Positions 25,215 through 35,619 of a stretch of 64,000 nucleotides of DNA are shown here, piece after piece; position 1 is the first letter of the stretch, and every line of letters begins with the position of its first letter. Source of the stretch: a virus. Lineage: Duplodnaviria; Caudoviricetes. A model generated the notes under the pieces. The model saw only the letters and a program-made list of their open reading frames with translations, had not been told where the DNA came from and ran no database searches. The translations under genes were made by a program, and so were the position numbers. Location: the IMG/VR virus record IMGVR_UViG_2791355019_000001, positions 214 to 64,213 of that record. One strand, given 5' to 3'.

Positions 25215-26671
25215 TGCGTTCTCCTGAATTCCCGCAGCGCATCCCAGCGCTGGAGTGAGCGAAGATCGGTCGGGCGATAGAACTGCTGCTCCGAGGGGTC
25301 TTCGCCGTAGATATTCGTGTAGCCCTCGGACGGGGCAAGCAGGACCATCTCTGCGTCGCCGGAAAGCGCTGCGCCACGCACCCCGTTCGCTTCGGCGATG
25401 ATCTGAATGGAAGGGGCGGCCTCTGCCGTGCGCCGTCTGTTCGCTGCAAGCTCAAGCGCGACATCGAGGGCGGCGCTTGCGCTGGCGGTTCTGCGATAGA
25501 CGTAGCCGGCGCCTTCCAAGGTCACCAGCAAGACGGCTTCTGCATCCCCAGGAATGAGCACCTCTCCACTCAGCCCGCCTTCGGCATGTAGAAGTAGCGC
25601 GCCCTGCCCACCGCGCACTGCGCTGGCCTGGCCTATGGGGGTGACAGGGACCTCGATGACAAGCTTGCCGCGCCCCGTTCTGCGCAGCGCTCCGGCTGCA
25701 CCCGCAGCGACCTCAACTGCCGCCGACGCCCCCCCGACCTTTGCGCGCAATGCGTTGATCTGCGCATCCAGCGCGGAGGCTGCCGCCCCCGATGCCGTCC
25801 TGCGATAGACGTAGCCGGTGCAGGCGGGAATGATCTGTACCGCAGCCTGTCCTCCTCCGCGCACGAATACTTCGCCCGCGAGGTCCGTCGCACCCTGCAC
25901 GACAGCAGCGCCAGTCCAGCGCCGATATACCCGGAAGTCCGCATCGAGCGTCAATGTCTGAACCGCGCCTCCGGCCATCGTGGGCTTGGAGAGTCGGCCT
26001 GCACCGATCGCGTGAAAATCGACCGTGGCGGACCCGAGCAGGGTTTGCCTGCGCATCCCCTCATCCGTGACGCGGACCTCAACGACCGGGGAACCCCCGG
26101 CAGTGAGGTGTCGCACGCCTTCGTGGATGTGCGCCGGGTCCAGCTCTGCGGTGATTGCCAGATCATTCGGAGCCTGCGCCGCTCCGCGACGAATCGCAGA
26201 GGCGGACAGGTCGCCCATGAGCGCCATCGAAGCGGTGGCGCTGCTCCTGCGCGCCCGAGTGCCGTCGACTTCTGCAATCAGCGGCCGGATCTGCGCCTCG
26301 CCGTCGATAAAGACGACGCCGACGTGACCTGCGGCGTGCAGAAAAATGCCTGCGCCACCGAAGCCGAGGACGGTGCGCTCGAAGTACAGGATTCCGGTGT
26401 GCGTGATGGTGAACGCACCCCGACCGCTGCGATACACCGTCTGCGCCAGTTCAGCCTGAACTCGGATCGGCGCATCCAGTGAAGCGAACCGCTGCGCACT
26501 CCCCAACAGACCCGCCTGAACCTGCATGGGGGCATTGCCGCTGGCCCGGACGGTGCGCAGCCCTTCCAGCGAAGCATCGAACCCTGCAATCGCCTCCGCC
26601 GCCCCGAAGACGGCGAGGCGCGACGCCCCGTTGAGGGGGCGTGCATTCAGCGCAGATCCGTTGAGGCGCAT
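25211..26671 (-). CDS. Ala/Gly-rich repetitive virion protein
   Basis: LNGSALNARPLNG N-terminus and internal repeats (GYVYRRTAS twice); in the structural operon. Confidence 0.6.
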   Translation of the reverse strand: MRLNGSALNARPLNGASRLAVFGAAEAIAGFDASLEGLRTVRASGNAPMQVQAGLLGSAQRFASLDAPIRVQAELAQTVYRSGRGAFTITHTGILYFERTVLGFGGAGIFLHAAGHVGVVFIDGEAQIRPLIAEVDGTRARRSSATASMALMGDLSASAIRRGAAQAPNDLAITAELDPAHIHEGVRHLTAGGSPVVEVRVTDEGMRRQTLLGSATVDFHAIGAGRLSKPTMAGGAVQTLTLDADFRVYRRWTGAAVVQGATDLAGEVFVRGGGQAAVQIIPACTGYVYRRTASGAAASALDAQINALRAKVGGASAAVEVAAGAAGALRRTGRGKLVIEVPVTPIGQASAVRGGQGALLLHAEGGLSGEVLIPGDAEAVLLVTLEGAGYVYRRTASASAALDVALELAANRRRTAEAAPSIQIIAEANGVRGAALSGDAEMVLLAPSEGYTNIYGEDPSEQQFYRPTDLRSLQRWDALREFRRTQ

Positions 26672-26681
26672 GACCTATCGA

Positions 26682-27113
26682 TTACCGGGCAATCATGCGC
26701 AGCGCGCCGGGGATCGCGCTGAAAATATCGGTCGGGTCAATCGTCTTCGGCGCGGTCAGCGGGGCATGCGCCCACATGTTTCCGCCCGTCGCCGCGTCCC
26801 ACACCGAAAAGTGCGTGACTTGGACCGAGCCGGCGCCGTTGTTGGCCGGGAAGTTGATGGTGTTGGCGTTGGTGATCTGCTTGCCACCGCCGGCCTCATC
26901 GGCAGAGGCCGTCCAGGCGGACGACAGCGGCGTGCCCACGGTCATGCGCTCATACGAAGGCCAGGCCGTCGTATTGACTTCCGTGCCCGCAGTAGCGGCG
27001 TCGGTCGGGTCGGCGGTGTGCAGCGCGATAAAGAAGTTCGACGGCAGCGGAAGTTGCGTGCCGCGGAAGTGCTCGAGCAGCGCGGATTCGAGGTAGTTGG
27101 ATGCAGCGGACAT
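26682..27113 (-). CDS. Virion structural protein (fibre/decoration type)
   Basis: SNYLESALL..IALHTADPTDA..VTHFSVWDAATGGN, a common phage motif. Confidence 0.7.
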   Translation of the reverse strand: MSAASNYLESALLEHFRGTQLPLPSNFFIALHTADPTDAATAGTEVNTTAWPSYERMTVGTPLSSAWTASADEAGGGKQITNANTINFPANNGAGSVQVTHFSVWDAATGGNMWAHAPLTAPKTIDPTDIFSAIPGALRMIAR

Positions 27114-27140
27114 GGGTAATTCTCCTTACAGGGGATGGGG

Positions 27141-27827
27141 TCAAGCGGTGGGGCGAAGGTTGGGATTGGTGCCGGCGCTGTTGCGGTTGATGTCGCTCGC
27201 CTGCTCGCCCGCCGCGCGCCCGCCGATCTGAGCCGAGAAGGCCTGCAGGTAGGCCACCGCCAAGTCGGCGTTGGCGGCGTACTCGGCGTCCTTGCTGTAG
27301 CAGCGATGCAGGGTGTAATTGACGATCGCCGGCATCCAGGTGTCGTCGAGCTGGAGCGAGCCGCCATCGACCACTTCAGTTGGCGCGACGGCATAGACGA
27401 TCTCGAGCGAGCCCTGATTGATCGCCGGCTGCGGCGGATAGACGTAAAACACCTTCTGGTTCTGCGGGTCGAAGGTGTAGTGGATGACCTCGGCAGAAGC
27501 GGTGCCGGCGTGCCAGAGCGGGTTTTGGGCGTCGAGAATCTCGCGCGTCACTGCGCGCGGCGCGCGCCCCGGGGTGGCGCCGCCCGCCCCCATGTTTCGA
27601 GTGATGTCGATCAGCGTCGTGCCGTCTGCCGGCAGTTGCTGCCGAGTGCCTGCGGAGAGCGTGACGACTGCGGTCTTGACGCATGCATCGGGCTTGATGG
27701 CGACGATTTCGCGCTGCGCGTCCGAGACGTAGGTCAGCAACTCGGCGACGGGCCAGCGGATGTGGGTGGTGTCTTGCAGCAGCGTGGCAACGCGGCCGAT
27801 GACGGCTGTGGTGGTCAGGGTGGCCAT
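27141..27827 (-). CDS. Head-tail adaptor-like protein
   Basis: LLQDTTHIRWPVAELLTY..FYVYPP..YTLHRCYSKDAE; downstream of the capsid gene. Confidence 0.65.
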   Translation of the reverse strand: MATLTTTAVIGRVATLLQDTTHIRWPVAELLTYVSDAQREIVAIKPDACVKTAVVTLSAGTRQQLPADGTTLIDITRNMGAGGATPGRAPRAVTREILDAQNPLWHAGTASAEVIHYTFDPQNQKVFYVYPPQPAINQGSLEIVYAVAPTEVVDGGSLQLDDTWMPAIVNYTLHRCYSKDAEYAANADLAVAYLQAFSAQIGGRAAGEQASDINRNSAGTNPNLRPTA

Positions 27828-27852
27828 AGGGCGCTCCGGGTCAGTTGCCCGG

Positions 27853-27886
27853 ATGCTGCCGCCATGGGCTTCGCAGGGGTGCCCTT
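27853..27886 (-). promoter_or_regulatory. Putative late promoter AAGGGCACCCC-N17-CAGCAT
   Basis: Motif copy in the intergenic gap. Confidence 0.6.
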
Positions 27887-28478
27887 ACGGCACAGGCCGC
27901 ACCCGCAGACGCCCCCGCCCGGCGCCGACCTGCGCCTGCGCATAGGCGCGCTCGACACCGCCCTGGAAGGCTTGCGCTGCCACGCTCGCCCGGCTCATGT
28001 CGCCCTGCTGCAGCAAGAGCCGCATCAGGGCGCCGGCGGCAATCGGCTCGCGCCAGTAGCGCACCAACTGGTCGTCGAGCACGGTTGCGCTCATGCTCGG
28101 CTCCACTGCAACGCGCAGCACGAGACTGTCGGCGCGAACGGGGGTCTCGGCGAGCTCGATCAGGCGCGGCACGGGCTGCACGAAGCCCGTGGGCTCACCT
28201 GCCTCGGGCAGATCCAGGGACGCCATGGGGCGCCGATCCAGCGCCCGGTCGCCGACGATCACCGCCGCAAGAACGCGTACCGGCTCGCACCCGATCACGT
28301 CGACGTCGTATTCGCGCACACCGGGGATCAGCTGGATCGGATCGGTGCGCTGCTGCCAGGCCAAGCTCTGGCGGCAGAATTCGATCGCCGCATCGACCAG
28401 TGCGCGGTCGATCGCCATTTCTGGCATGTTCGGCACGTGCGGGATGATGTAGGGGTAGAGCGCGGAGAGGGCAGCCAT
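27885..28478 (-). CDS. Head-tail connector-like protein
   Basis: AAIEFCRQSLAW..YWREPIAAGALMRL; head operon position. Confidence 0.6.
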   Translation of the reverse strand: MAALSALYPYIIPHVPNMPEMAIDRALVDAAIEFCRQSLAWQQRTDPIQLIPGVREYDVDVIGCEPVRVLAAVIVGDRALDRRPMASLDLPEAGEPTGFVQPVPRLIELAETPVRADSLVLRVAVEPSMSATVLDDQLVRYWREPIAAGALMRLLLQQGDMSRASVAAQAFQGGVERAYAQAQVGAGRGRLRVRPVP

Positions 28479-28835
28479 TTAGCGTGCTCGCTTGCCCATT
28501 TGCAGGCGCACGGTATCGAGAAGCTCGGACTTCTTCATCCCCGCATCGAGCACGACGCCGAAATTGCGGTGCGCGTACTGCGCGAGTTGATCCTTGGTCA
28601 TCGCTTCGAGGTTGACCAGGGGCGGCAGGTTGTCCTGCTCTTCACGCGGCAACTCCTCGACCTTGATCTCGGTCTTGCGCTTCCTGGCATCCTCGAATTC
28701 CGGGTGGCGCAGCAGCTTGATGGCGATGTGCTCGGGCACGTCCTCGCGCGTGTCGCCGATCTCCCAGTGCAGCTTCGAGCCGTAGAGGTGGTCGGTGAAT
28801 GGCTTGGGGCCGTTGTACTTGATGGCGATGGCCAT
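28479..28835 (-). CDS. Hypothetical protein downstream of the capsid gene
   Basis: ATG 28835; C-terminal LEAMTKDQLAQYA..MKKSELL helix-extension-helix-like motif. Confidence 0.6.
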   Translation of the reverse strand: MAIAIKYNGPKPFTDHLYGSKLHWEIGDTREDVPEHIAIKLLRHPEFEDARKRKTEIKVEELPREEQDNLPPLVNLEAMTKDQLAQYAHRNFGVVLDAGMKKSELLDTVRLQMGKRAR

Positions 28836-28858
28836 GGTTTCCCCCGTTATGCTTAGCG

Positions 28859-28881
28859 AAAAAAGGGGGCCGAAGCCCCCT
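28859..28881 (-). terminator. Intrinsic terminator after the major capsid gene
   Basis: AGGGGGC-TTCG-GCCCCCT followed by a T run on the minus strand. Confidence 0.85.
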
Positions 28882-28897
28882 ACTCCTGCACGATCGA

Positions 28898-30193
28898 TCA
28901 GGTCAGCGCCACAACCGAATCGAACGCCATCACGCCGTGGTCCTTGACGTGCGCGCCGCCGAGGTTGAAGCGCAGCTTGGCCTTGCCGCCCATGCAGTCG
29001 CCGCCCACTTCGAGTGCGCGCCCGAAGTTGTAGGGGTTTTCGAGCCAGTCGAAGTGATAGTCGCTGCCCTTGTTCTTGCCGTAGGCGTTGCCCAGCGCTT
29101 GCGCGCCAAGCAGGATCGCGCGATCGACTGCGAACCCTGCAGTGATCCCCGCCGGCAAGGCGGTGGCGGTGCCGGTGCCGGTGGCCTTGTCCGCCGCCAG
29201 GACCGAGGTCAGCGAACTGCCGGTGCCGTGGCGGATGGCGCGGTTGAGCTTCTTCACCAGGATGCCGTTCCACATGCCGACTTCGCCCTTGAACAGCGGG
29301 TGCTTGGAGCCGTAAGAGGCGCGGTTCCAGGCGTTCTGCTGGAAGGAGCGAATATCGTTGCTGGTGGCCTTCAGGAGCTGCGAGTACTGGCGCGGCGACA
29401 CGTACAGCACCCACATCGGCTCATCCGAGGCGGCCGGGTCGTCGGCGATCTTGACCGGCTGCAGCGGGAAGGCCATCTCATCGAGCAGGGTGCGGATGTT
29501 GTCGATGGATTCCAGCGTCAGCACGTCGGCCGTGGCGATCGCGCCGATGTTGGCTGCGGACGGGGTGGCCAGCGATGCCCCCGCGTTGTCGATCAAATAG
29601 TGGCTCTCGAAGGTCGGCGGCGTCACGTCGTTGACCAGGATCGAGGCAAAGTCGCCGTCGGACGACAGCGGCACGATCCAGTCGTCGTTGACCTCGGTGC
29701 CGCGCGCCCCGGCTAGATGCACCAGCGTGGTCTGGTCGTCCAGGCGGGCAAAATAGCTCGTCAGGTTCGCCATGGCGATATTGCGCAGCTGATGCACGGT
29801 ACGCTGCTGCGCCATCTTGCCGCCGGCGTCGACCACCTTGGTCATCAGGTCGATCTTGACCTCCATGCTGGCGTTGGTGAGCGCGGCCCCCGTGCCCTCG
29901 GCGTCGGCGTCGCCCATGATCGGCTTGCCGCCGATGGTGCCGAACACGTCGACCGAGACCTTGTCGCCGGCCGTCTTCGACAGGTCGGTGATGCGCACGA
30001 CCGGCATGTCCTTCGAGGTCTGCCCCTTGAGCTTGTTGATGGCGTCGCCGGTGCTCGGCGCCGGGCCGGTGAGCGCGCGGGAAAAGCCCGGTTGCTTCTG
30101 GGTCTGCGCGAACAGCGCGACGGAAAAGAGCTTGCGCGCCAGCGCCGAGCCGGCTGCAACGTTGGTGGCGAAACCGCCAGTGGATCCTGCCAT
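28898..30193 (-). CDS. Major capsid protein (N4-gp56/DUF4043-like)
   Basis: DLSKTAGDKV..HPLFKGEVGMWNGILV..RAILLGAQAL..DHGVMAFD; follows the scaffold gene and precedes a terminator. Confidence 0.85.
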   Translation of the reverse strand: MAGSTGGFATNVAAGSALARKLFSVALFAQTQKQPGFSRALTGPAPSTGDAINKLKGQTSKDMPVVRITDLSKTAGDKVSVDVFGTIGGKPIMGDADAEGTGAALTNASMEVKIDLMTKVVDAGGKMAQQRTVHQLRNIAMANLTSYFARLDDQTTLVHLAGARGTEVNDDWIVPLSSDGDFASILVNDVTPPTFESHYLIDNAGASLATPSAANIGAIATADVLTLESIDNIRTLLDEMAFPLQPVKIADDPAASDEPMWVLYVSPRQYSQLLKATSNDIRSFQQNAWNRASYGSKHPLFKGEVGMWNGILVKKLNRAIRHGTGSSLTSVLAADKATGTGTATALPAGITAGFAVDRAILLGAQALGNAYGKNKGSDYHFDWLENPYNFGRALEVGGDCMGGKAKLRFNLGGAHVKDHGVMAFDSVVALT

Positions 30194-30224
30194 GGTGTAT
30201 TACTCCTGAATCACGGGTTCGGTG

Positions 30225-31184
30225 TCAGCCGAGCCGAGCAAGCAGTGCGTTGATCTGGTCCGGAGTCATGCCCGCCATCTGGGCCCCGAGCCTTTCCACC
30301 GAGAGGGTCGCGAACTCCTCCAGCGGATCGGCTGCGGGCACCGCACCGCCCGGGATGTCCGAGAGCGTGCGCGGCTTGAAGGGCTTGTCCGGGTGTTGCG
30401 CTGCCGCCGGTTTGGCCGGGCGTGCTGCGGGCTGAGGCGGAGGCGCTGGGGCGCTGGCATCGGGGCCGTAGAAGGCATCCACGATCTGCACGGCGCGTTC
30501 CAGGCGCTGTTCCAGCGTCAGCTGTCGATGAGCCGGCGAGTCTTGCAAGCGCTGATCGGCCTCGACGGCGGCCTGCCAGCGCTCCGGGTCGTTGTGCTCC
30601 CAGTGCAACAGCACCGGGTTGGCATCGACCGCGGCGCGGACGCGGGAGGCCTCCTGGTCGGCGCGGATCGCATCATCCTGCTCGATGCGCTGCGTCACCT
30701 GGGAGAGCTTGGATTCGAGCTTGCGCGTGTGCTCGAGCAGCGCCTTCACCGCCGGGAAGTCCTCGGCCATCGCATCAAGGTTGGCGGCGGAATCTTTCGC
30801 CTCGCCTTGCTGTTGCGTGCCCGCTTCCGCGGCAGCCAGTCGCTGCTCAAGCGCCTTCATCGCCTGCTCGGCCGCACGCCGCTTCTCCCGCTCGGTCTGG
30901 AGCACCGAGTAAGGAATTGCGTGCTTGCCGTCCCGGCTCAGAACGGGCGCGTGCTCGTCCTGCCCCGCTTCGTCCGCTTCTTCCTGCTTCGCTTCGCCCT
31001 GGGGCTCGCCGGCCGTATCGGCCTCCTCCGCTTCGCTCGCGCCGTCCGTTGCGCTCGGTTCAGACTGTTCGGCTTGCGGCGCCTCGCCGGCGAGCTGAGC
31101 CATCAGCGCCTCGATCGCGTCGGGGTCGCTGGGCAGTTCGTCGGGGTTGGCGGCGTAGTAGTCCAGGTCTTTGGGCTCATCCAT
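30225..31184 (-). CDS. Scaffolding protein
   Basis: Acidic N-terminus, IPYSVLQTEREKRR coiled coil; between portal and capsid. Confidence 0.75.
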   Translation of the reverse strand: MDEPKDLDYYAANPDELPSDPDAIEALMAQLAGEAPQAEQSEPSATDGASEAEEADTAGEPQGEAKQEEADEAGQDEHAPVLSRDGKHAIPYSVLQTEREKRRAAEQAMKALEQRLAAAEAGTQQQGEAKDSAANLDAMAEDFPAVKALLEHTRKLESKLSQVTQRIEQDDAIRADQEASRVRAAVDANPVLLHWEHNDPERWQAAVEADQRLQDSPAHRQLTLEQRLERAVQIVDAFYGPDASAPAPPPQPAARPAKPAAAQHPDKPFKPRTLSDIPGGAVPAADPLEEFATLSVERLGAQMAGMTPDQINALLARLG

Positions 31185-31269
31185 GTGCTTCGTGTCCTCT
31201 GTCGGTCGGAGTCCGTGGGTGGCGCGCACGCCCTTCACGCCGGGCCGCGGGGTGCGTTGCCATGGGCGC

Positions 31270-31303
31270 TTTGTACGCATACGAGCAACAGAGGGGTGCC
31301 CTT
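31270..31303 (-). promoter_or_regulatory. Putative late promoter AAGGGCACCCC-N17-TACAAA
   Basis: Motif copy in the portal-scaffold intergenic region. Confidence 0.6.
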
Positions 31304-31393
31304 GTGCGGAACCGATGCGCGTCGGCGAACAATCATGGCAAAGAAATGCCCGGCGCGAGGCCGGGCCATCTCGCCAGGGCAAGGGAGGAGACA

Positions 31394-33430
31394 CTAGGGG
31401 TGCTGCGTGATCGCCATTGCCTGGCCGGCGGTCGCAGCACGGGTCTGGAGGGTGTCGGCGCGCAGCTTCGCCACCTCGGCGGCGGCCTTCTCGGCGGCCA
31501 CCTGCTGCGCCTGCTCCTTGACCGCGAGCTCGCCGGCCTTGATCTGCAACTCGGCGTCCTTGCTCTGCAGCTTCGCCCGCGCGTCGGCGAGCGCGGCCTG
31601 CAGCTGCTCCAGCATCTGCGCCATCTGCACCTTCTCAGGATCGGGCTGCTGGCCATCTTCGCCCAATCCAAGTACCTTGCGCACCAGGTCGGCCATTTCG
31701 CGGCGCTTGGGCAGTTCGGTCGATTCGAGGAAGTACGGCACCAGCGGCGCCTGCAGCTGCGGCGGCAGGCCCTTGATCACCTCGGCCACCATCGTCATGG
31801 CCTGCGCGCGGTAGGCCGGCGTGCTGGGCACGTCGTTGAGTGCCACCTTCACCAGCGCCTTGCTGACGTCGTTCTCGCGGTATTCGAGACCGGTCAGCGC
31901 ATCGACCATGGGGCGGTTCAGCGTCACCGGCCGGGGCTTGCCCTCCTCGCCTGCATCGATCGTCACTTCCACGCCGGCCAGATCCTGCGTCACCAACTCG
32001 AGCAGGCGCTGCCCGACCAGCCGCCGCGCAAAGCGGTAGTTGTCGGTGATCTCGGCCTGCATGGTATTGCCCTGCTCCACCAGGCCCTGGATCGCCGTCC
32101 CGGACTTGGCGCCATCGGTGGCGCCGAGCATCGCGTTGTAGATGCCCGCGACCTTCTGCATCGCCTCGCCGGCCTCGGTCATCACCTGGAACTGCTGCGC
32201 CGTCAGGTTCAGGTCAGTCTCGACGTTGATGCCGTTCGCGTTGCGCCGACCCGGGTCGAGCACCACCACTGCATCCGGGCGCGCGATCTCGTCGGCGAGG
32301 TCGGTGAAGTCGTTGTAGTTGCGGTCGAGCGCGTCGGAATCGACCATCACCCGCTTGCTGGCAAGTAGCCACTGCAGCTTCTGGCGGCGGGCGTTGATCT
32401 CCTTTTGCAGCGGGATCAGGTCGCGCACTACGCCATAGGGCACGCGCGAGCGGTCCTCGCGGTAGCCCCAGAACGGCACGTAGGGCAGATGGTTGCTGCC
32501 GTAGTCCTCGTCCTGCAGCTTGTGCGGGCCGACCCACAGGCTCACGCGCAGCTTGGTGAACACCGCCTCGCGCACCGTGGCCAGCCCTTCGGCGGCCGCC
32601 AGCGCGTGCAGGGGGTTTTTCTTGTCGAACTCCGCTACGCGCCCATCGGGGAGCTTGATCACCTTCGCGCGCACCGGCACGCGATACCAGATCTCGCGCA
32701 GGCACACGAGGCCGCTGTCGGTGTTGCGCCACTCCTGCTCGAGCCAGCCCGAGCGGTGCTCCGAGTCGTAGGCGCGCATCATGCGCTCGTCGGTCTTCGC
32801 CAGATCCATCCACTCCGGCGCCCAGCCCGAGCCCACGGCGCGGATCATGTCGGCCTCGCCAGGGAAGTAGGCCACCAGAGACTCGGTCGGATACCAGCGC
32901 TCGCGCACCAGGTAGCGCGCATCCGCCAAGTCGGGCTTTCTCGCCTGCCAGTCCCACCAGATCTCGGATCGATCGACGGCTTCGACCCGGTAGTCGTACC
33001 CAAACGGGTCCGCGTTGCGCGTCACGTGCACCCAGCCCAGCCCGGCCTTGATCTGCCCGGCAAAGGCCTCGCTGCACGCCTGATCGGCCAGGGTCTCGCG
33101 CTCGGCCTCCATCAGCTTGGCCGATAGCGCCTCGGCCATCTCCTGCTGCTCATCGCGGTCAGCCACCACGCGCCAGTCACTGCGCGTCTTCGCCTCAAGT
33201 CCGAGCACCGAATTCACCAGCGGCTTGATCTGGTTGATGATGATCGGCGCCATGCCGCGCGCCTCAAGTTCGGCCACCTCGTCGGCGCCGAGTTGGTTGC
33301 CGTCGTAGAAAGAACAGGCGCGATCCGACTCCGCGCGCCAGGCCGGCTGCAGGCGGATCTGATTGACGATCTCGCGGTACTGCAGATCAGTCAGGCCGGA
33401 AGTGTCGGGGGTGCGCTCGTCTCGCTGCAT
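31394..33430 (-). CDS. Portal protein (P22-like)
   Basis: FYDGNQL..INQIKPLVNSVLG..PYVPFWGYR..YGVVRDLIPLQ..SGTAI; C-terminal coiled-coil barrel; follows terL. Confidence 0.88.
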   Translation of the reverse strand: MQRDERTPDTSGLTDLQYREIVNQIRLQPAWRAESDRACSFYDGNQLGADEVAELEARGMAPIIINQIKPLVNSVLGLEAKTRSDWRVVADRDEQQEMAEALSAKLMEAERETLADQACSEAFAGQIKAGLGWVHVTRNADPFGYDYRVEAVDRSEIWWDWQARKPDLADARYLVRERWYPTESLVAYFPGEADMIRAVGSGWAPEWMDLAKTDERMMRAYDSEHRSGWLEQEWRNTDSGLVCLREIWYRVPVRAKVIKLPDGRVAEFDKKNPLHALAAAEGLATVREAVFTKLRVSLWVGPHKLQDEDYGSNHLPYVPFWGYREDRSRVPYGVVRDLIPLQKEINARRQKLQWLLASKRVMVDSDALDRNYNDFTDLADEIARPDAVVVLDPGRRNANGINVETDLNLTAQQFQVMTEAGEAMQKVAGIYNAMLGATDGAKSGTAIQGLVEQGNTMQAEITDNYRFARRLVGQRLLELVTQDLAGVEVTIDAGEEGKPRPVTLNRPMVDALTGLEYRENDVSKALVKVALNDVPSTPAYRAQAMTMVAEVIKGLPPQLQAPLVPYFLESTELPKRREMADLVRKVLGLGEDGQQPDPEKVQMAQMLEQLQAALADARAKLQSKDAELQIKAGELAVKEQAQQVAAEKAAAEVAKLRADTLQTRAATAGQAMAITQHP

Positions 33431-33458
33431 GTCTTGGTCGCCGGGTAGAGTGGGGCGA

Positions 33459-33492
33459 ACCGTGCCACTGCAAAAGCGGCGGGGGTGCCCTT
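33459..33492 (-). promoter_or_regulatory. Putative late promoter AAGGGCACCCC-N17-CACGGT
   Basis: Motif copy in the terL-portal gap. Confidence 0.55.
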
Positions 33493-33494
33493 CA

Positions 33495-35084
33495 TCAGAT
33501 CACCCAGCTGCTGCGCTGGCGGCCGCTACGGCCGGGGGCGCGGCGAGCGCGGAAGCCGGCGTCGGACTGCGCCTCGCGGTAGCCCTGCGCAAACTGGCGG
33601 AACGCATCGGCCGCCTCCGAGTGGATATCGTGCAGCGGCGTGGCGCGCCAGGCGCCGAGCCGCGCGTCCCACTCCTTGCGGTAACTGCCGAGATGGGCGA
33701 GGCCGTCCTTGCAGCCTTCCTCGTCAAACCAGCACTGCCCGAACGCATCGCGCACCATCTGAATGCCATGCGTCACGTCGTCGACCCGCGGCACGATCAC
33801 CCAATCGCCACCGATCTCGAACTGGCGCAGCTTGTCCTCAGCCGACTCCATGCTCGCGCCCTGCTGGCGCTTGTGGCTGGCGTCGTGCGGCAGGTAGTGC
33901 TTCCCCCAGACGCAGCCCATCGCCTGCATCTGCTTGATGAAGTAGCTGTAGGGCTCGCCCCAGCCTTCAATGAAACGGAAAAATCGGTGCGTGAGGCCCT
34001 GCTGCTGGTGGAACCAGATCGCCGACCCGTCGCGCCCGCCGATGTCCCAGAAGGTATTGACGGGCACGCCCTCGAGGTGAGGCACGGCGCCGATGCGTCC
34101 GCCCTTGCGCGCCGCGGCCAGCTGCACGGCGTAGTAGGTACCTTCGGTGGAGACCTTGAATGCCTCGTCCGGCGTGCTCGGATATTCCTGCCACATCTTC
34201 TGCGGGTCGCCGGAGAACTCGCTGTCGCGCGTGGCCACGTACCAGTAGCGCTGCTGCTCGTCGAGCGTGCAGCCCATCTCTGCCTCGATCTGGGCGAAGT
34301 GCTCGCGGTCCTTGTCGGTAATGACCGATGCGCCCGGATGCGGCAGCCGGTAGGCCTCTTCCTGCCACCATGGGAAGAAGTGGAAGCGATAGTCGCGCGG
34401 GGAGAGCGGCGATCCCTTCTCAGCCACCGCCTGCGCGCGCATCGTCATCTCGTAGAACTCGCCGGACTGGCCTTCGGCGGTGGACTCGATGATCGCAACC
34501 CCATCGAGCGGCACCGCCGGCAGCGAACCGGTGACCACCTCGGCCGCCTTGGCCGGGTACTTGGCACCGATCTTGCCGAACTCGGACACATGCAGCCGGT
34601 GGATCGTCCCCGAGCGCATCGAGGTCGCCACCCGGATGCTGCTGTTGTTGTGGGCGAACAGCAGCTCCGAGGCGCTGTCGCGCGCCAGCGGCATGCGCTC
34701 GCGCAGGAAGGCCGGCAGCCGGTCGTAGGCGAGCTTCACCTTGTCGCGAAAGATCACCTCCGCGGCCTCACGGTCCTGGGCAATGATGCCGCAGCGCTGG
34801 TCGGCATTGAACAGTGCGTGGTCGAGCCAGAGGATGGCGACGAGCGTCGTGAACCCGAGCTGACGTGCCTTGAGGATCACGTTCCGGTGCCACAGCCGCA
34901 CGATCAGCCGGCGTTGCGCCCGGTTGGGGATGAACGGCACCACCGAACCCGCGCCGTCGTCGCTCTTGACCATGATCTTGTAGAGCGCGCCCGAGCACAC
35001 ACGCCACATCGGATCGGCGAGGCAGCGCAGGATGTCCGCCTCGTTCTTCGGGATATAGTCGAGCGCGATGCTACTGGCTGCCAT
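33495..35084 (-). CDS. terL: Terminase large subunit
   Basis: ILKARQLGFTT (Walker A variant), LHVSEF (Walker B), ESTAEG, WDIG nuclease motif, SEAADAFR. Confidence 0.92.
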   Translation of the reverse strand: MAASSIALDYIPKNEADILRCLADPMWRVCSGALYKIMVKSDDGAGSVVPFIPNRAQRRLIVRLWHRNVILKARQLGFTTLVAILWLDHALFNADQRCGIIAQDREAAEVIFRDKVKLAYDRLPAFLRERMPLARDSASELLFAHNNSSIRVATSMRSGTIHRLHVSEFGKIGAKYPAKAAEVVTGSLPAVPLDGVAIIESTAEGQSGEFYEMTMRAQAVAEKGSPLSPRDYRFHFFPWWQEEAYRLPHPGASVITDKDREHFAQIEAEMGCTLDEQQRYWYVATRDSEFSGDPQKMWQEYPSTPDEAFKVSTEGTYYAVQLAAARKGGRIGAVPHLEGVPVNTFWDIGGRDGSAIWFHQQQGLTHRFFRFIEGWGEPYSYFIKQMQAMGCVWGKHYLPHDASHKRQQGASMESAEDKLRQFEIGGDWVIVPRVDDVTHGIQMVRDAFGQCWFDEEGCKDGLAHLGSYRKEWDARLGAWRATPLHDIHSEAADAFRQFAQGYREAQSDAGFRARRAPGRSGRQRSSWVI

Positions 35085-35616
35085 CGCCCACCACGGGTAG
35101 CGCAGACCGGTTCAGCGCGGCCAGGAACTCGGCGATCGGATCCGACTTCTGGCGGTTGTCCTTCTCGTACAGACCGTGATGCTTGAACAGCTTCTCGAGC
35201 GCGCTGTTCTTGTCGGCGATCTTGTACTTCTTGAGATAGCCCACGAACACGCGATCCTTGCCTGATCCCTCGAACTGCTCCAGCACCTCGATACCGGCAA
35301 CGGCCGCGGCGGTGTCGTCGTCGAGTTCGTGAATGCCCTTCGGGCTGCCGTCGTCGTTGAAGAGCTTGCGCGGATCGAACAGCGCCAGTCGCGCCGCTTC
35401 GAGCAACGCGCGGTCGGCGGTGATTGCGGTGCGCTCGCCGCGCGCCTTCATGCGCTCTGCCACCGCGGCAGTCACGTGACTTTTCGTAAGCAGCTGCGGG
35501 CCAATCCACTCGGCAGTCTTCTTGCTGTATCCAGAACGAATCGCCGCCTGCGTGGCGTTCAGGTCACACAGATACTCATCCACGAAGCGCTGCTGCCTGG
35601 CGGTCAACGACGCCAT
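35071..35616 (-). CDS. terS: Terminase small subunit
   Basis: LTARQQRFVDEYLCDLNATQAAIRSGYS..KNSALEKL. Confidence 0.92.
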   Translation of the reverse strand: MASLTARQQRFVDEYLCDLNATQAAIRSGYSKKTAEWIGPQLLTKSHVTAAVAERMKARGERTAITADRALLEAARLALFDPRKLFNDDGSPKGIHELDDDTAAAVAGIEVLEQFEGSGKDRVFVGYLKKYKIADKNSALEKLFKHHGLYEKDNRQKSDPIAEFLAALNRSALPVVGDGSQ

Positions 35617-35619
35617 CGA

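Noticed and set aside
31397-31403. Seventh late-promoter motif (GGGGTGC at the portal stop)
   Set aside because: Only a partial match, and the hexamer 17 nt downstream (CCCTGG) is not -10-like
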